Assembly: GCA_963822145.1 (NCBI GenBank)
Contig: CAWGGG010000004.1
Location: 1,659,839-1,723,838 of the forward strand
DNA: 64,000 nt
Source: an uncultured Bacteroidales bacterium
GTDB lineage: Bacteria > Bacteroidota > Bacteroidia > Bacteroidales > UBA10428
Reading direction: 5' to 3'
Part shown: piece by piece, positions 36,170-46,056 of the stretch
Layout: the number at the start of each line of letters is the position of its first letter
Position numbering within the stretch: position 1 is the stretch's first letter
Notes under the pieces: model-generated
Seen by the model: only the letters and a program-made list of their open reading frames with translations
What the model was told of the DNA's origin: nothing
The model's database searches: none
Made by a program: the position numbers and the translations under genes

Positions 36170-37560
36170 TTCTCCCAGTTGTCTGTTCGGAAGGGAGCCA
36201 GCGGCAAGCCTTCGTTGCTGAAAATATCGGGCATGGACGTGTCATCGAAACAAAAGCGCACTGCCACCGGATTTTTTACATTTTTTGATGACAGCAATAC
36301 CGAGCTGCCCTCGATTTTTGCAGTAGCAGGAACAAATTGCTGATCATCCCCGGCAATCTGGAACTTTTCCGGGGATTTTCCGGTACATTTGAGTCCGGTA
36401 GCTACATTGCTGAAGCTAACGCGAACCTTGCCCTGTTCAATCTCCATCGATTGGTACATCGGGCTTTTGTACGAGGCAACAGGCTGATGGTAAGTTTCAG
36501 CCAGCGCGTAATTGGCCAGGCGCCTGCCCACATCCACCTTGTTCCGGGGGTGGATGTCCGCGATATTGTCAACCAGGTCTGAAACGATGATCATGCCGGT
36601 ATTCGGAATTGTTTTGGCAGCAATATCCTGCTGTTCACGAAGAAATTCAGAGGTACCTTTTTCTCCATAGTTAAATGGTGCAATTTGAACCAGGTAAAAC
36701 GGAAAATCCCTTTTAAAATCGGTACGCCAGTTTTCCACCAGGGTTTTCAGCAAAGTTGAATAGATCTGGTAATTCCCGCAGTTTGATTCACCCTGGTACC
36801 AGATGGCGCCGGCTAATCCATATGGGACAAGCGGATAGATCATGGAATTGTAAAGTGTTCCGGGCGTGCCGGGCCACCAGTCGTACTGTTCACTGTATTT
36901 GTACCGGTTCAGCACCGGATCAGTTTCTATACGGCCTTTTTCGATCCAGACTTCAGCAGGTGTACCACCCCAGGCCGAAACAATGATTCCCACAGGAACA
37001 TGCAGCTTTTGCTCCAATTCCCGGGCAAAAAAGTAGGCCACGGCACTGGTTGAACGCATGGTTTCGGGTGAACAGACAGTCCAGGTGGCATTGCAGTTTT
37101 GCTGCGGATAACCGGCGCCGATTTTCTGTACATGAAAAATGCGGATATCCGGATGGTTTGCCTTTGCAGCCTCTTCTTCGCCGTTCTGGATGGTGTGATT
37201 TACGCTCCATTCCATGTTCGACTGCCCGCTGCAGATCCATACCTCACCCAGCATCACATTCTTCAGTTCAACGTCATTCCCACCGAGGATCCGGATGGTA
37301 TAGGGACCACCTGCCCCGATGGTTTTCAGGGTTGTTTTCCAGGCCGCTGCGTTATCGGCTTTTATTTTCAAAGTATCCTTGCTGTTCCAGCCAGCCACGA
37401 TCTTCACGGTTTCGCCGGCATCCGCCCAGCCCCATATGGCAACTTCAGTGTTTTGCTGCAGAACCATATTGTCGGAAAATACGGAGGGCAGGGTGATCTT
37501 TGCAGATATACCTTTGCTTATTGCAGCAAGCATGATCAGGGTGATTAAGAAGTGTTTCAT
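36166..37560 (-). CDS. Sialate O-acetylesterase-like (SGNH/DUF303) carbohydrate esterase, secreted
   Basis: Signal peptide and the GEVWICSGQSNMEW catalytic-Ser motif typical of this family. 4-nt overlap with the downstream kinase gene. Confidence 0.8.
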   Translation of the reverse strand: MKHFLITLIMLAAISKGISAKITLPSVFSDNMVLQQNTEVAIWGWADAGETVKIVAGWNSKDTLKIKADNAAAWKTTLKTIGAGGPYTIRILGGNDVELKNVMLGEVWICSGQSNMEWSVNHTIQNGEEEAAKANHPDIRIFHVQKIGAGYPQQNCNATWTVCSPETMRSTSAVAYFFARELEQKLHVPVGIIVSAWGGTPAEVWIEKGRIETDPVLNRYKYSEQYDWWPGTPGTLYNSMIYPLVPYGLAGAIWYQGESNCGNYQIYSTLLKTLVENWRTDFKRDFPFYLVQIAPFNYGEKGTSEFLREQQDIAAKTIPNTGMIIVSDLVDNIADIHPRNKVDVGRRLANYALAETYHQPVASYKSPMYQSMEIEQGKVRVSFSNVATGLKCTGKSPEKFQIAGDDQQFVPATAKIEGSSVLLSSKNVKNPVAVRFCFDDTSMPDIFSNEGLPLAPFRTDNWEK

Positions 37561-37600
37561 TGGATTTTTCTTTAGTGATGAATCGATGTAAATATAAATA

Positions 37601-38090
37601 TTTCCGTCATAATGTCACCCCTACCATAATGCCGCCCCGATGGGGCTTGAATATTCTCGCCACAAAATTATTCTACCATAATACCACCCCGACGGGGCCT
37701 GAAGGTTATCGTCAATTGTCTTTTCTACCATAATGCCGCCCCGATGGGGCTTGAATATTGTCGCCACAAAATTATTCTACCATAATACCACCCCGACGCC
37801 TATATCTCATTTTTTACCATACCCCGATGGGGCTGAATGGCCACATATCTTTTCTACAATAATACCACCCCGACGGGGTGTCAAGGTTATCGCCAGAAAT
37901 TTATTCTACCCTAATGTCACACCTCACTAAACTTTCTTCAAACAAAATATTGAAAGCCCTGTAAGGGCGACATTATGGTAGGACAATATCATATATGAAG
38001 TATCATAAGCCCCGTAGGGGCGACATTATGGTTGGATCATAGGATATTCAAAAACAATACGCCCCTCTGGGGTGAAATAGTGCGTACAAT
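37601..38090. repeat. Array of REP-like GC-hairpin repeats (about 6-7 direct copies on a 52-nt period, then 3 inverted copies)
   Basis: Consensus CTACCATAATRYCRCCCCNAYGGGGC. Direct copies start at 37621, 37673, 37725, 37777, 37854 and 37906, with degenerate ones near 37606 and 37814. Inverted copies lie at 37956-37981, 38009-38035 and 38061-38086. Confidence 0.8.
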
Positions 38091-38113
38091 TTTCAACGGC
38101 CCAGGATCAACTG

Positions 38114-40634
38114 TCAGAGTATTACCACAGCCAGGTTAATATCCCCCGCCGTTGCCGGATGCAGAACCTTCTCTTTCCCTGTCACCACTTCGATATAGTA
38201 TTCAAAGTCATCCTGAATGTCATCTGCAGAAATTCGTACCTCGAATACGTTTGAAGACATCCTCTTGATTTCAGTGGCAGAATAATCCCTTTCACCAAGG
38301 CGTTTGTAAAATAGTTTCCCGGTAACATTTTCATTTTCCGACAACACCCGGATGCGCAGGTAAAAATCTTCCCCCTGCCGTAAAATCGATGGTTGGCTTG
38401 TAACAACGATACGTGTTTTACCGGAGTACTCCTTTGAAACATTTGCTTCTGCCGGAAGATCCAGCCTTCAAAATGGATTTAAGCAGGGCATCATGCCCGG
38501 TAAGGTTCCCGTTCTTCCGGATGTTGTGCATCTCCAGGTTGGCCAAGGTCCCCAGCTCCCCATTAGTGCTGACGAACGATAACAGGATCCGGTTCATGTC
38601 ACCCCATTTTTCAGCCAGCTCAATGCGTTTGGGCAATGCTTCAGCAGTGGTGATCTCCAGTTTCTTCACATTGTCTCTTTCCTTCCCGATGCGGTCAACT
38701 ATACGGTTGAGTTCGATCTGGGTGTGGGTCACTTCCAAAACTGCTTTGTTGAACCTGAAAGCGTTCAGCCAGTAATCAAACCGTTCCAGGTTGCCGGCTC
38801 CCGTGATGCTGCCGCGAAAGGCTTCGAGTTCCGGAAAGAAATCATAGCGTTCAATCCGTTCCTCAATATCGGCAAGGTCCCTGTTTACCATAAGCCCCCC
38901 CGGACCCTGGATCCAGTCGGATGCATTCAGTGGTGCATCTCCCTTATAGCCTTCTTTGGATTCCATACCTTTACTGTCGAGGTCGGTAAAGATCCTTACC
39001 AACCTGGAATCGGTGATACCGAATTCAGTTTTTACCCAGTCGGAATAGAAATCCTCCACAGGTAAATCCCGCTGTAGCGATAGGTCGCGGCCTGTCCCTA
39101 CAGTATCATATTGATCACATTCCCAGGCAGCCCTGGCCAGGGCACTGACAGTGGGACCGATGGAGCGTGTTCTCCAGTGAATGCCAAACAGCCCATCGCA
39201 GCCATATTTCCACGAATCAAGGGCATCTTTCCTCATCCTTCCTGCCCATAGCTGAGCCGTCAGTAAAGCCGGATCATCCTCCATCCAGGGGATGGACCAT
39301 TTCGACCTGCCGGAAATTGCTCCGAATCCTTTATCCACCGGTGTGTAACCCAGTCCCCGGTTGATGCAGCTGAAGGGCATATCCTTGGGAAGGATCCGGT
39401 CAAATTCCGTTCGGTCCTTCGGCGGACCCAAGACCCAGCCACAGGTGGCCAGGGTAAAGGGACTTCCCATCTCTTTCGCCGTTTCATAGGCTATTTGAAG
39501 GTCCTGCTCCGTCTGTACAACCACCTTATCCTCCACACCGCTCCAGGTCCAGCTTTCCGGAGTCCACAACCAGTAATAGTCAATGGGGTAGGCTTTTTGA
39601 ATACGGCTGAATATACCCCGGTAAAGGGCTTTGATATCTGCTTTGTTATTGCTATTTATGCCATATTGAAAACGAAGGTTTTCGGGAATGATTAACGGCG
39701 TCTCGGTTCCCACGCAGATCTTCACCCCCAGGGTGCGGGCCAGGGTAAAAGCAGACGAAAACACCTTACCCGATTCGTTGATGATCCTGATGTTCTCTTC
39801 TTCACTGCGTGGCCAGGGTGAGGTATTCTTCATATAATCAGCCCCGAAATTGTCACCCTCAAACAACTGGGATGCCCCGGAGAGAAAATCCGTTGTATTG
39901 GCCGGACTATATCCCCAGGTGCTGTCGCCGGTTTGGAAATGAAGCACAGGATAGGCGGTCTGCACAGTCCCGTCAGCATTCACCGCTTCCTCCCGGCCAA
40001 TCCATACCAGGGGTTCTGCCTTGGGCCCTTCGCCATTGAAATCGTTCCGCCACGGATAGGTATGAAACCCGATGAAATTCATTTTCAGCTTGGGCAATTG
40101 GGCAACAATCGCCTTATAGTCCTGCTCATTCCACCAGTCGGGACCTTCCGGAAAATCATGAAAAGGCAGTATGCCGCGGAGGGCAAATAATGGTTTTTTC
40201 TGAATATCGAGGTCGGGAAGCCAGAAGGTAATTTTCTCATCCGGAATGACATCCCCGTGCAGGTAAAACCTGACGCCCAACTGCTCTGCAAACTCATAGG
40301 CTGCATAAAGCAAAGCCTGTGGTGATCCTCCTGTAATTCTCAGTATCTTACCATTTACGCCCAGGTAGGTCTTCATTTTGAATTCCTGATCCTCCAGCAG
40401 CACATCCACAGTAAAGATAATAGCACGACCCTTTACCTGCTTTTTAGGGAATCCCAAATGTATCTCGGGCAGTAAATCGCTCCGGAGGTAGATGTATTTC
40501 CGGATCTCCTTGGCCGCGAGTTTTTCTATAGCTCCGGCACTTTCAGGAAGGTAAATCACAAATTCTCTTTTGGGAGAGCAGGCGGTAATTGCCAGGAACA
40601 GCATTCCCAGCAGGAAGATTGTTTTGATTCTCAT
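38114..40634 (-). pseudogene. Secreted glycoside-hydrolase-like lipoprotein (alpha-glucuronidase / GH20b-N-domain-like TIM-barrel protein) interrupted by a frameshift
   Basis: Lipoprotein signal (LFLAITAC). FALRGILPFHDFPEGPDWWNEQDYKAIVAQLPKLKMNFIGFHTYP is a GH-like core. The main frame stops at 38418, while the +1 frame is open from 38467 to 38114 and encodes a sensible beta-sandwich-like tail (…TRIVVTSQPSILRQGEDFYLRIRVLSENENVTGKLFYKRLGE…). Family assignment is tentative. Confidence 0.6.
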
Positions 40635-40791
40635 GACAATTGTCTCATTATGATTACTGTAATGGAGTCAGGTTTGAGTGTCCGGTTTGCTGCGTATTGA
40701 AATTATTTTTGCTTATTCAGGAATCCAAAGGTTACAGGAAGAATCGTTTCACGGGTATGGAGTTTTTGAAGATTATTATTATATTAATGCA

Positions 40792-40813
40792 CTTCGACTC
40801 CGCTCAGTGTGAC
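40792..40813. repeat. Copy of the dispersed motif (cttcgactccgctcagtgtgac)
   Basis: Same core as 16962-16983 and (reverse complement) 22273-22300. A partial inverted copy, agtcgaag, lies at 40842-40849. Confidence 0.5.
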
Positions 40814-40917
40814 TGCTGTTTTGAATTGTCAGCCTGTGCGTAGTCGAAGCCAGAGGCAGGCCATACCGGCTTCCTCTTCAAAGATAATCACGATCAGGTA
40901 AAATCCAACCGGCCCTT

Positions 40918-40925
40918 TACTTTTG
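40918..40925 (+). promoter_or_regulatory. Possible -7 promoter box (TACTTTTG) for 40960-42978
   Basis: Fits the Bacteroidota TAnnTTTG consensus, 35 nt upstream of ATG 40960. No clear -33 TTTG element. Confidence 0.3.
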
Positions 40926-40959
40926 GAAAAACATATTTATCTTTATAAAAACCACCTCC

Positions 40960-42978
40960 ATGAACGCATTGAAATGCATTATCCTTTTATGTTTTGGACT
41001 TTACCAGGCATCCCTGCTGGCTCAGAACCGGATTTCATCTGAAAAGCTGAAAAGATCCGACTGTTTCTTCGGCGTGCATTTCGATCTGCATGCCAGTGAA
41101 GACATCGATGATGCAGGTAAAACTCTGACCTATGAAATGGTGGACACCTTCCTTTCCCGGGTGCGTCCTGATTTTATTCAGATCGACTGCAAAGGCCATC
41201 CCGGGATTTCAAGCTATCCGACCCAGGTAGGATTCCATGTTAAGGGTTTCGAAAAGGACCCCCTGAAATTATGGCGTGATGTAACGGAAAACAACAAAGT
41301 TGCATTGTTCATGCACTTCTCCGGAGTATGGGACGGGAAAGTGGTGCAGGAGCATCCCGATTGGGCTGTGGTAAAAGCCGACGGTACAAAAAGTAACCAG
41401 AAGGTTTCATTCTTCAGCCCTTACCTCGATACCTACATGATCCCACAGCTGAAGGAGCTAAGCAGTGTTTACCATGTCGACGGCGCCTGGATTGACGGGG
41501 AATGCTGGGCCGTTGAGCCTGATTATGGAGCAGCAGCGTTGCAACGCTTTACTGAAGAAACCGGAATAAAACAGATTCCTCGGACATACTCAGACAAGTA
41601 TTTCCCGGAGTATCTGGAATATACGAGGATCCTTTTCCGGGAACACCTGAAAAAGTATATCGACGCCATCCATCAGTTCAATCCCGGTTTCCAGATCACC
41701 AGCAACTGGGCCTATTCTTCAATGATGCCGGAAAAAGTGACCATCAATGTTGATTTCCTGTCGGGCGATGTGACCCCTCAGAATGGCGTTTACAGGTCCG
41801 CTTTTGAAGCCCGTTGTCTGGCCCCGCAGGGAAAACCATGGGATTTGATGGCCTGGGGGTTTTCATGGAACGGCGGCGAAATGCCCATGACAATTAAATC
41901 GGCCGTGCAACTGAAACAGGAGGCTGCTGAAATTATGGCTATGGGTGGAGGCGTGCAGTTTTATTTCCAGCAGAACCGTGATTTGTCCTTGAAGCCCTGG
42001 ATAGCCTATATGCTGGAAGATATCGGGACGTTCTGCCGCGAACGCCAGCGCTATTGCCACAAAGCCGTTGCCGTTCCTCAAATTGCCCTGCTCTACCCTT
42101 CCCAGTCCTATCAGAGAAGCTCACCGGTGCCGTATTCACGGTCCCTCGGGATGCTTCAGGGGACTTTGTATGCTTTACTCGACGGTCAGCAGACAGTGGA
42201 GATCATCATGGAGCACAACCTCATCGGGAACATGGATCATTATCCCGTGATTGTGGTTCCGGAATGTGACTATCTTGAACCGGCCTTTTTGGATTCTCTC
42301 AGGATGTACGTGAAAAACGGCGGAAACCTCCTGGTCATTGGCGCTGAAACGGCTGAAATGTTCAAACCGGAACTTGGTATTGTGTCCGCGGTGAAATCCT
42401 CGCGGTCAGAAGCCTTTATTGCGGCACACGGAAAAATCGGGTCAGTTCGGTCCGATCTGCTGCAGGTAAAACTGACGCAGAACTGCAAGACCTTATCCGT
42501 CTTCTATAAGGGGTCTGATTTCAATTATCCCGATACAAACACCGCCTCATCTTTAAACCAGTCAGGAAAAGGGAAAGTGGCCGGAATTTACTTCAATGCC
42601 GGTACAGCTTATACTGAATACAAAACACCCGTTATACGTGATTTATTAAGTGAAACCCTGCAGGAACTGACGACGGATAGACTGGTGAACGTAACCGGAT
42701 CGCACCTGGTGCACGTGTCCGTTAACCGGTTGAACGGCAGGTTATATGTAAACCTGATCAATGTGGCCGGAGAGCATACCAACCAAAGTGCACTGGGATA
42801 TGATGTTGTTCCTCCCCTTAAGGATATAGCAGTTTCTATCCGGTCAACAGCAAAACCGGTAGGCATCATACTGCAACCCGAAGGCAGGAACCTGCCGTTC
42901 TCCTATACAAACGGACGGTCAACAGTGCTCGTGCCTGAACTTCCAATTCACTCGGTGCTGGAAGTGATTAATGAATAG
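40960..42978 (+). CDS. Putative glycoside hydrolase, GHL6-like TIM barrel + beta-galactosidase-trimerisation-like domain, secreted
   Basis: Signal peptide. FGVHFDLHASEDIDDAG...DFIQIDCKGHPGISSYPTQVG resembles the GHL6 family. The later VIVVPECDYLEPAFLDSLRMYVKNGGNLLVIG resembles the GATase1-like domain of GH42-type enzymes. Confidence 0.6.
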   Translation: MNALKCIILLCFGLYQASLLAQNRISSEKLKRSDCFFGVHFDLHASEDIDDAGKTLTYEMVDTFLSRVRPDFIQIDCKGHPGISSYPTQVGFHVKGFEKDPLKLWRDVTENNKVALFMHFSGVWDGKVVQEHPDWAVVKADGTKSNQKVSFFSPYLDTYMIPQLKELSSVYHVDGAWIDGECWAVEPDYGAAALQRFTEETGIKQIPRTYSDKYFPEYLEYTRILFREHLKKYIDAIHQFNPGFQITSNWAYSSMMPEKVTINVDFLSGDVTPQNGVYRSAFEARCLAPQGKPWDLMAWGFSWNGGEMPMTIKSAVQLKQEAAEIMAMGGGVQFYFQQNRDLSLKPWIAYMLEDIGTFCRERQRYCHKAVAVPQIALLYPSQSYQRSSPVPYSRSLGMLQGTLYALLDGQQTVEIIMEHNLIGNMDHYPVIVVPECDYLEPAFLDSLRMYVKNGGNLLVIGAETAEMFKPELGIVSAVKSSRSEAFIAAHGKIGSVRSDLLQVKLTQNCKTLSVFYKGSDFNYPDTNTASSLNQSGKGKVAGIYFNAGTAYTEYKTPVIRDLLSETLQELTTDRLVNVTGSHLVHVSVNRLNGRLYVNLINVAGEHTNQSALGYDVVPPLKDIAVSIRSTAKPVGIILQPEGRNLPFSYTNGRSTVLVPELPIHSVLEVINE

Positions 42979-43011
42979 CTGTTCCGGACAATTGGCTGAT
43001 ACAGGCAAAGA

Positions 43012-43326
43012 TCATTTTTGATGAAAAACTTCCTCCAAAACAACCTCTACTGGTGAATGATCGGAATTGACCTCCATGATATCCGCCATATAATCCCACC
43101 ATTTGCGGACTACAGGATTTCCAGGAAGCTGATCCGCTGTATTGTCGTCAGCAAGTTTTTGAACGGCAAACAAAATACCGGTTTCCCGGTCGAGGAATAT
43201 GGAATAATCATAAACACCTGCACGGGTAAGTTCTGCCGATAGTTCCGGCCAGATTTCATCGTGGCGCTTTTTATACTCATTTTCGAAACCCGGTTTGAGC
43301 TTCATCTTAAAGGAGACTCTTTTCAT
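43012..43326 (-). CDS. rhaM: L-rhamnose mutarotase
   Basis: MKRVSFKMKLKPGFENEYKKRHDEIWPEL...YSIFLD...LFAV...WWDYMADIM matches the RhaM family pattern. Likely start is ATG 43326; the track extends to 43368. Confidence 0.85.
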   Translation of the reverse strand: MKRVSFKMKLKPGFENEYKKRHDEIWPELSAELTRAGVYDYSIFLDRETGILFAVQKLADDNTADQLPGNPVVRKWWDYMADIMEVNSDHSPVEVVLEEVFHQK

Positions 43327-43394
43327 AATTTCCGCTTTGGATTTGGATTTAAGATACAAAAATTTCATAAACCGGAAGCACTTACTTCATTATT

Positions 43395-44771
43395 ATGTAC
43401 ATTCGTTCATGTGTCAATTCAATGGATAGGATCATGACGGGTAAATACAACTGGCGTTTCCTGATTACCACCTCTCTGGTGACCGCCATGGGCGGATATC
43501 TGTTTGGTTTCGATTTTGCCGTGATCACAGGCGGATTGCCCTTCCTCAGAGAGCAATTCGGGCTCAATGCCTTTTGGGAAGGTTTCACAACTGGCTCCCT
43601 GGCCCTGGGTTGTATCGTGGGTTGCCTGGTGGCAGGACGAATTGCTGATCAATACGGACGCAAACCAGGTCTTTTCGCCGCATCGGCGATTTTCTTTGTA
43701 TCTTCCCTTTCCATGGGACTGGCAACATCTCTGTCGTGGTTCATCTCCTCCCGCTTTGTAGCAGGCATTGGAGTTGGCATGGCCTCCATGCTATCCCCCA
43801 TGTTCATCGCCGAGATATCCCCGGCGGAGGTGCGCGGCAGGCTGGTGGCCATCAACCAGCTGACGATTGTACTGGGGCAGGTGGTCACCCATCTTGAGAA
43901 TTTCCTGTTGCGCGATACAGGTCCTGAAGCCTGGCGCTGGATGTTTGGACTGGGCACCGTACCCTCCTTCCTTTTTTTGACAGGTGTGTTTTTCCTCCCG
44001 GAAAGCCCCCGTTATCTGCTGATAAAGGGGAAAGAGGGTGAAGCCCGAAAAGTCCTGTCGCGCATTGGAAGTCATTCCTTTGTGGAAAGCTCTGTTGCAG
44101 CAATCCTCAAGGCCATGGAAAAAGAGTCCCGTTCCCACATCCGGGGCGTGTTTACCAGGGGTATCATGCCGGTGTTGCTCATTGGGATCGGACTGGCCAT
44201 ATTTCAGCAATTCTGCGGCATCAATGTGGTATTCAACTATACGACCAATATATTCAGGAGTATCGGGGCCAGCACCACGGAACAACTCCTGCAGGCGGTC
44301 TATATCAGTCTGGCCAGCCTGCTGTTCACGCTTATCGCTATGACTCTGGTAGACCGGTGGGGCAGGAGGCCGCTGATGCTGACCGGGGCAGGCGGACTTG
44401 CCATCCTGTATGTGATTATCGGTTACCTGCTTCACAGCAGAAACGGAAATGGCTTGTCATTTTTCATACTGGCTGCCATCGGTATATATGCCATGTCGCT
44501 TGCCCCCCTCACCTGGGTGCTGATATCTGAGATTTTCCCCAATAACATCAGGGGCGCAGCGATTTCCGTGGCAGTCATAGCGCTCTGGTCCGCTTATTTC
44601 ATCCTGGTATTCACGTTCCCGGTAATTGAAAAATACTTTGGTGATGCAGCGGCATTCTGGGGATACGCGGTGATCTGTCTTCTGGGATTCCTTTTTATTT
44701 ATTTCAGGCTTCCGGAAACACGGGGGAAATCACTGGAAGAAATCGAGGGAAGTTTTCTGAACGGACGCTAA
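43395..44771 (+). CDS. Sugar-porter family MFS transporter (sugar:H+ symporter)
   Basis: 12-TM layout with GRIADQYGRKPG, PESPRYL and PETRGKSLEEIE signatures. The true start may be ATG 43434 (MTGKYNWRF...). Confidence 0.9.
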   Translation: MYIRSCVNSMDRIMTGKYNWRFLITTSLVTAMGGYLFGFDFAVITGGLPFLREQFGLNAFWEGFTTGSLALGCIVGCLVAGRIADQYGRKPGLFAASAIFFVSSLSMGLATSLSWFISSRFVAGIGVGMASMLSPMFIAEISPAEVRGRLVAINQLTIVLGQVVTHLENFLLRDTGPEAWRWMFGLGTVPSFLFLTGVFFLPESPRYLLIKGKEGEARKVLSRIGSHSFVESSVAAILKAMEKESRSHIRGVFTRGIMPVLLIGIGLAIFQQFCGINVVFNYTTNIFRSIGASTTEQLLQAVYISLASLLFTLIAMTLVDRWGRRPLMLTGAGGLAILYVIIGYLLHSRNGNGLSFFILAAIGIYAMSLAPLTWVLISEIFPNNIRGAAISVAVIALWSAYFILVFTFPVIEKYFGDAAAFWGYAVICLLGFLFIYFRLPETRGKSLEEIEGSFLNGR

Positions 44772-44793
44772 TACAGCCCTTTGGTTTCTGTCG

Positions 44794-45357
44794 CTACTTC
44801 TTATAATTAACAACTTCCTCCGGATTCTTCCTGGGGGATGCTCCTGAAACGGCATCCACGCTTTTATCAACATTACCGATGCGCAGGACAATCACCGCCT
44901 TGTAGCCTGAAGGGATCTGAAAAAACTCTTTCTTTGAATTGATGGTTCCTGTCGGACTGCCATATATGCGTGCACCAAGGCCAAGACTATGTGCAGCCAC
45001 AAACATGCTCTCGGTAGCCAGTCCACAATCGAAATCGGGAGTAGTTCCACTTTGTGATTCAATACCTGAAATTATGATCAGCACATTTCCTGGCAGCACA
45101 TTGTTAATGGCTTCCTTCATGGTGGCTTCGTCTTGTATTACCGTGAACCTCCACGGCTGGTTGTTCCTCGCACTGGGTGCCTTAATGCCGCATTTCAAAA
45201 TCAAATCGAGTTGCAGGTCAGATACAGGTTCTGAGGTGTAGGCCTTTTCGGAGTATCCCGCAAGGATTACCTGAGCAACACAATTGTCAGTGGTCTGGCC
45301 ATTCAATGTTGAAGCCGCCAAAATAACACAGACAAGCAGTGATAATTTTATTTTCAT
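44794..45357 (-). CDS. Nitroreductase-family flavoprotein with N-terminal signal peptide
   Basis: SARNNQPWRFTVI motif with a nitroreductase-fold length. The N-terminal MKIKLSLLVCVILAASTLNGQ looks like a Sec signal. Confidence 0.78.
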   Translation of the reverse strand: MKIKLSLLVCVILAASTLNGQTTDNCVAQVILAGYSEKAYTSEPVSDLQLDLILKCGIKAPSARNNQPWRFTVIQDEATMKEAINNVLPGNVLIIISGIESQSGTTPDFDCGLATESMFVAAHSLGLGARIYGSPTGTINSKKEFFQIPSGYKAVIVLRIGNVDKSVDAVSGASPRKNPEEVVNYKK

Positions 45358-45446
45358 GGTTAACCGCTTTAAAGGGTTTTTGCATAATCGACATTAAAAT
45401 TATACAAAATAACTCACTTATGAAATCCGGACTCAACTTGTGACCA

Positions 45447-45653
45447 TTATGGGGTAGCTAAGTCGTCCAAAATAAACACCTCTTCGATGGGCAGCCGGAA
45501 TACCCTGGAGATATCGTATGCCAGTTTCAGGGAGGGATTGTATTTGTTCTTTTCCAGGAATACAATGGTTTCTCTCCTCACGCCTACCATTTGCGCCAGT
45601 TCGAGCTGGGAAAGATCGTGCCTGGCTCGCAGTTCTTTGATCCGGTTATGCAT
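45447..45653 (-). CDS. XRE-family helix-turn-helix transcriptional regulator (68 aa)
   Basis: [48 protein letters not shown] is a canonical HTH_XRE. 8-nt overlap with the upstream membrane-protein gene. Confidence 0.85.
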   Translation of the reverse strand: MHNRIKELRARHDLSQLELAQMVGVRRETIVFLEKNKYNPSLKLAYDISRVFRLPIEEVFILDDLATP

Positions 45654-46050
45654 TGCCCGGCCTGATAAATTTTACCCCTACCCAGGAAAAAAAGAAGATC
45701 AGGGCCATGCCCATAATTCCTGCACCAATGAGGCTGCTGGTTGCCATACTGGTCTTGTCACTCATATACATCAGGAATAGCCACCAGTATATGGAAATGT
45801 AAAATGAAAGCGAGGAAGCCTTCGTCATTACATGCCTGGAAAGCTCATCTTCTGCAGGTTCCTTCCGAAGTGCGCTCCTGAACCTGATAACACCGATATA
45901 AACCGCAAATCCGACAACAATGAGAACACCGGTGATCATCAGGATCTCCGGAATATTACCGCTTAGCTTGGTATTCATGATCCAAAGCGCCGTGGATAGC
46001 AAAACCAGGGCTGCCAAAACAAAAATAACAACTGACTTTTTCATAAGCAT
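45646..46050 (-). CDS. Small 4-TM membrane protein co-transcribed with the XRE regulator
   Basis: Four hydrophobic segments. Overlaps the regulator gene. No recognisable catalytic motif. Confidence 0.6.
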   Translation of the reverse strand: MLMKKSVVIFVLAALVLLSTALWIMNTKLSGNIPEILMITGVLIVVGFAVYIGVIRFRSALRKEPAEDELSRHVMTKASSLSFYISIYWWLFLMYMSDKTSMATSSLIGAGIMGMALIFFFSWVGVKFIRPGNA

Positions 46051-46056
46051 GGATTT

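Noticed and set aside
37733-37930. 65-aa ORF MPPRWGLNIVATKLFYHNTTP…
   Set aside because: It is the translation of the REP-like repeat units. Its internal repetition mirrors the DNA repeats, so it is not a gene.
37601-38090. A regular 52-nt periodicity of short palindromic repeats could be read as a CRISPR array.
   Set aside because: The 'spacers' are only ~25 nt and are themselves conserved between alternate units (an A/B higher-order repeat). Some copies are inverted, and no cas genes are nearby. REP/MITE-like repeats fit better.
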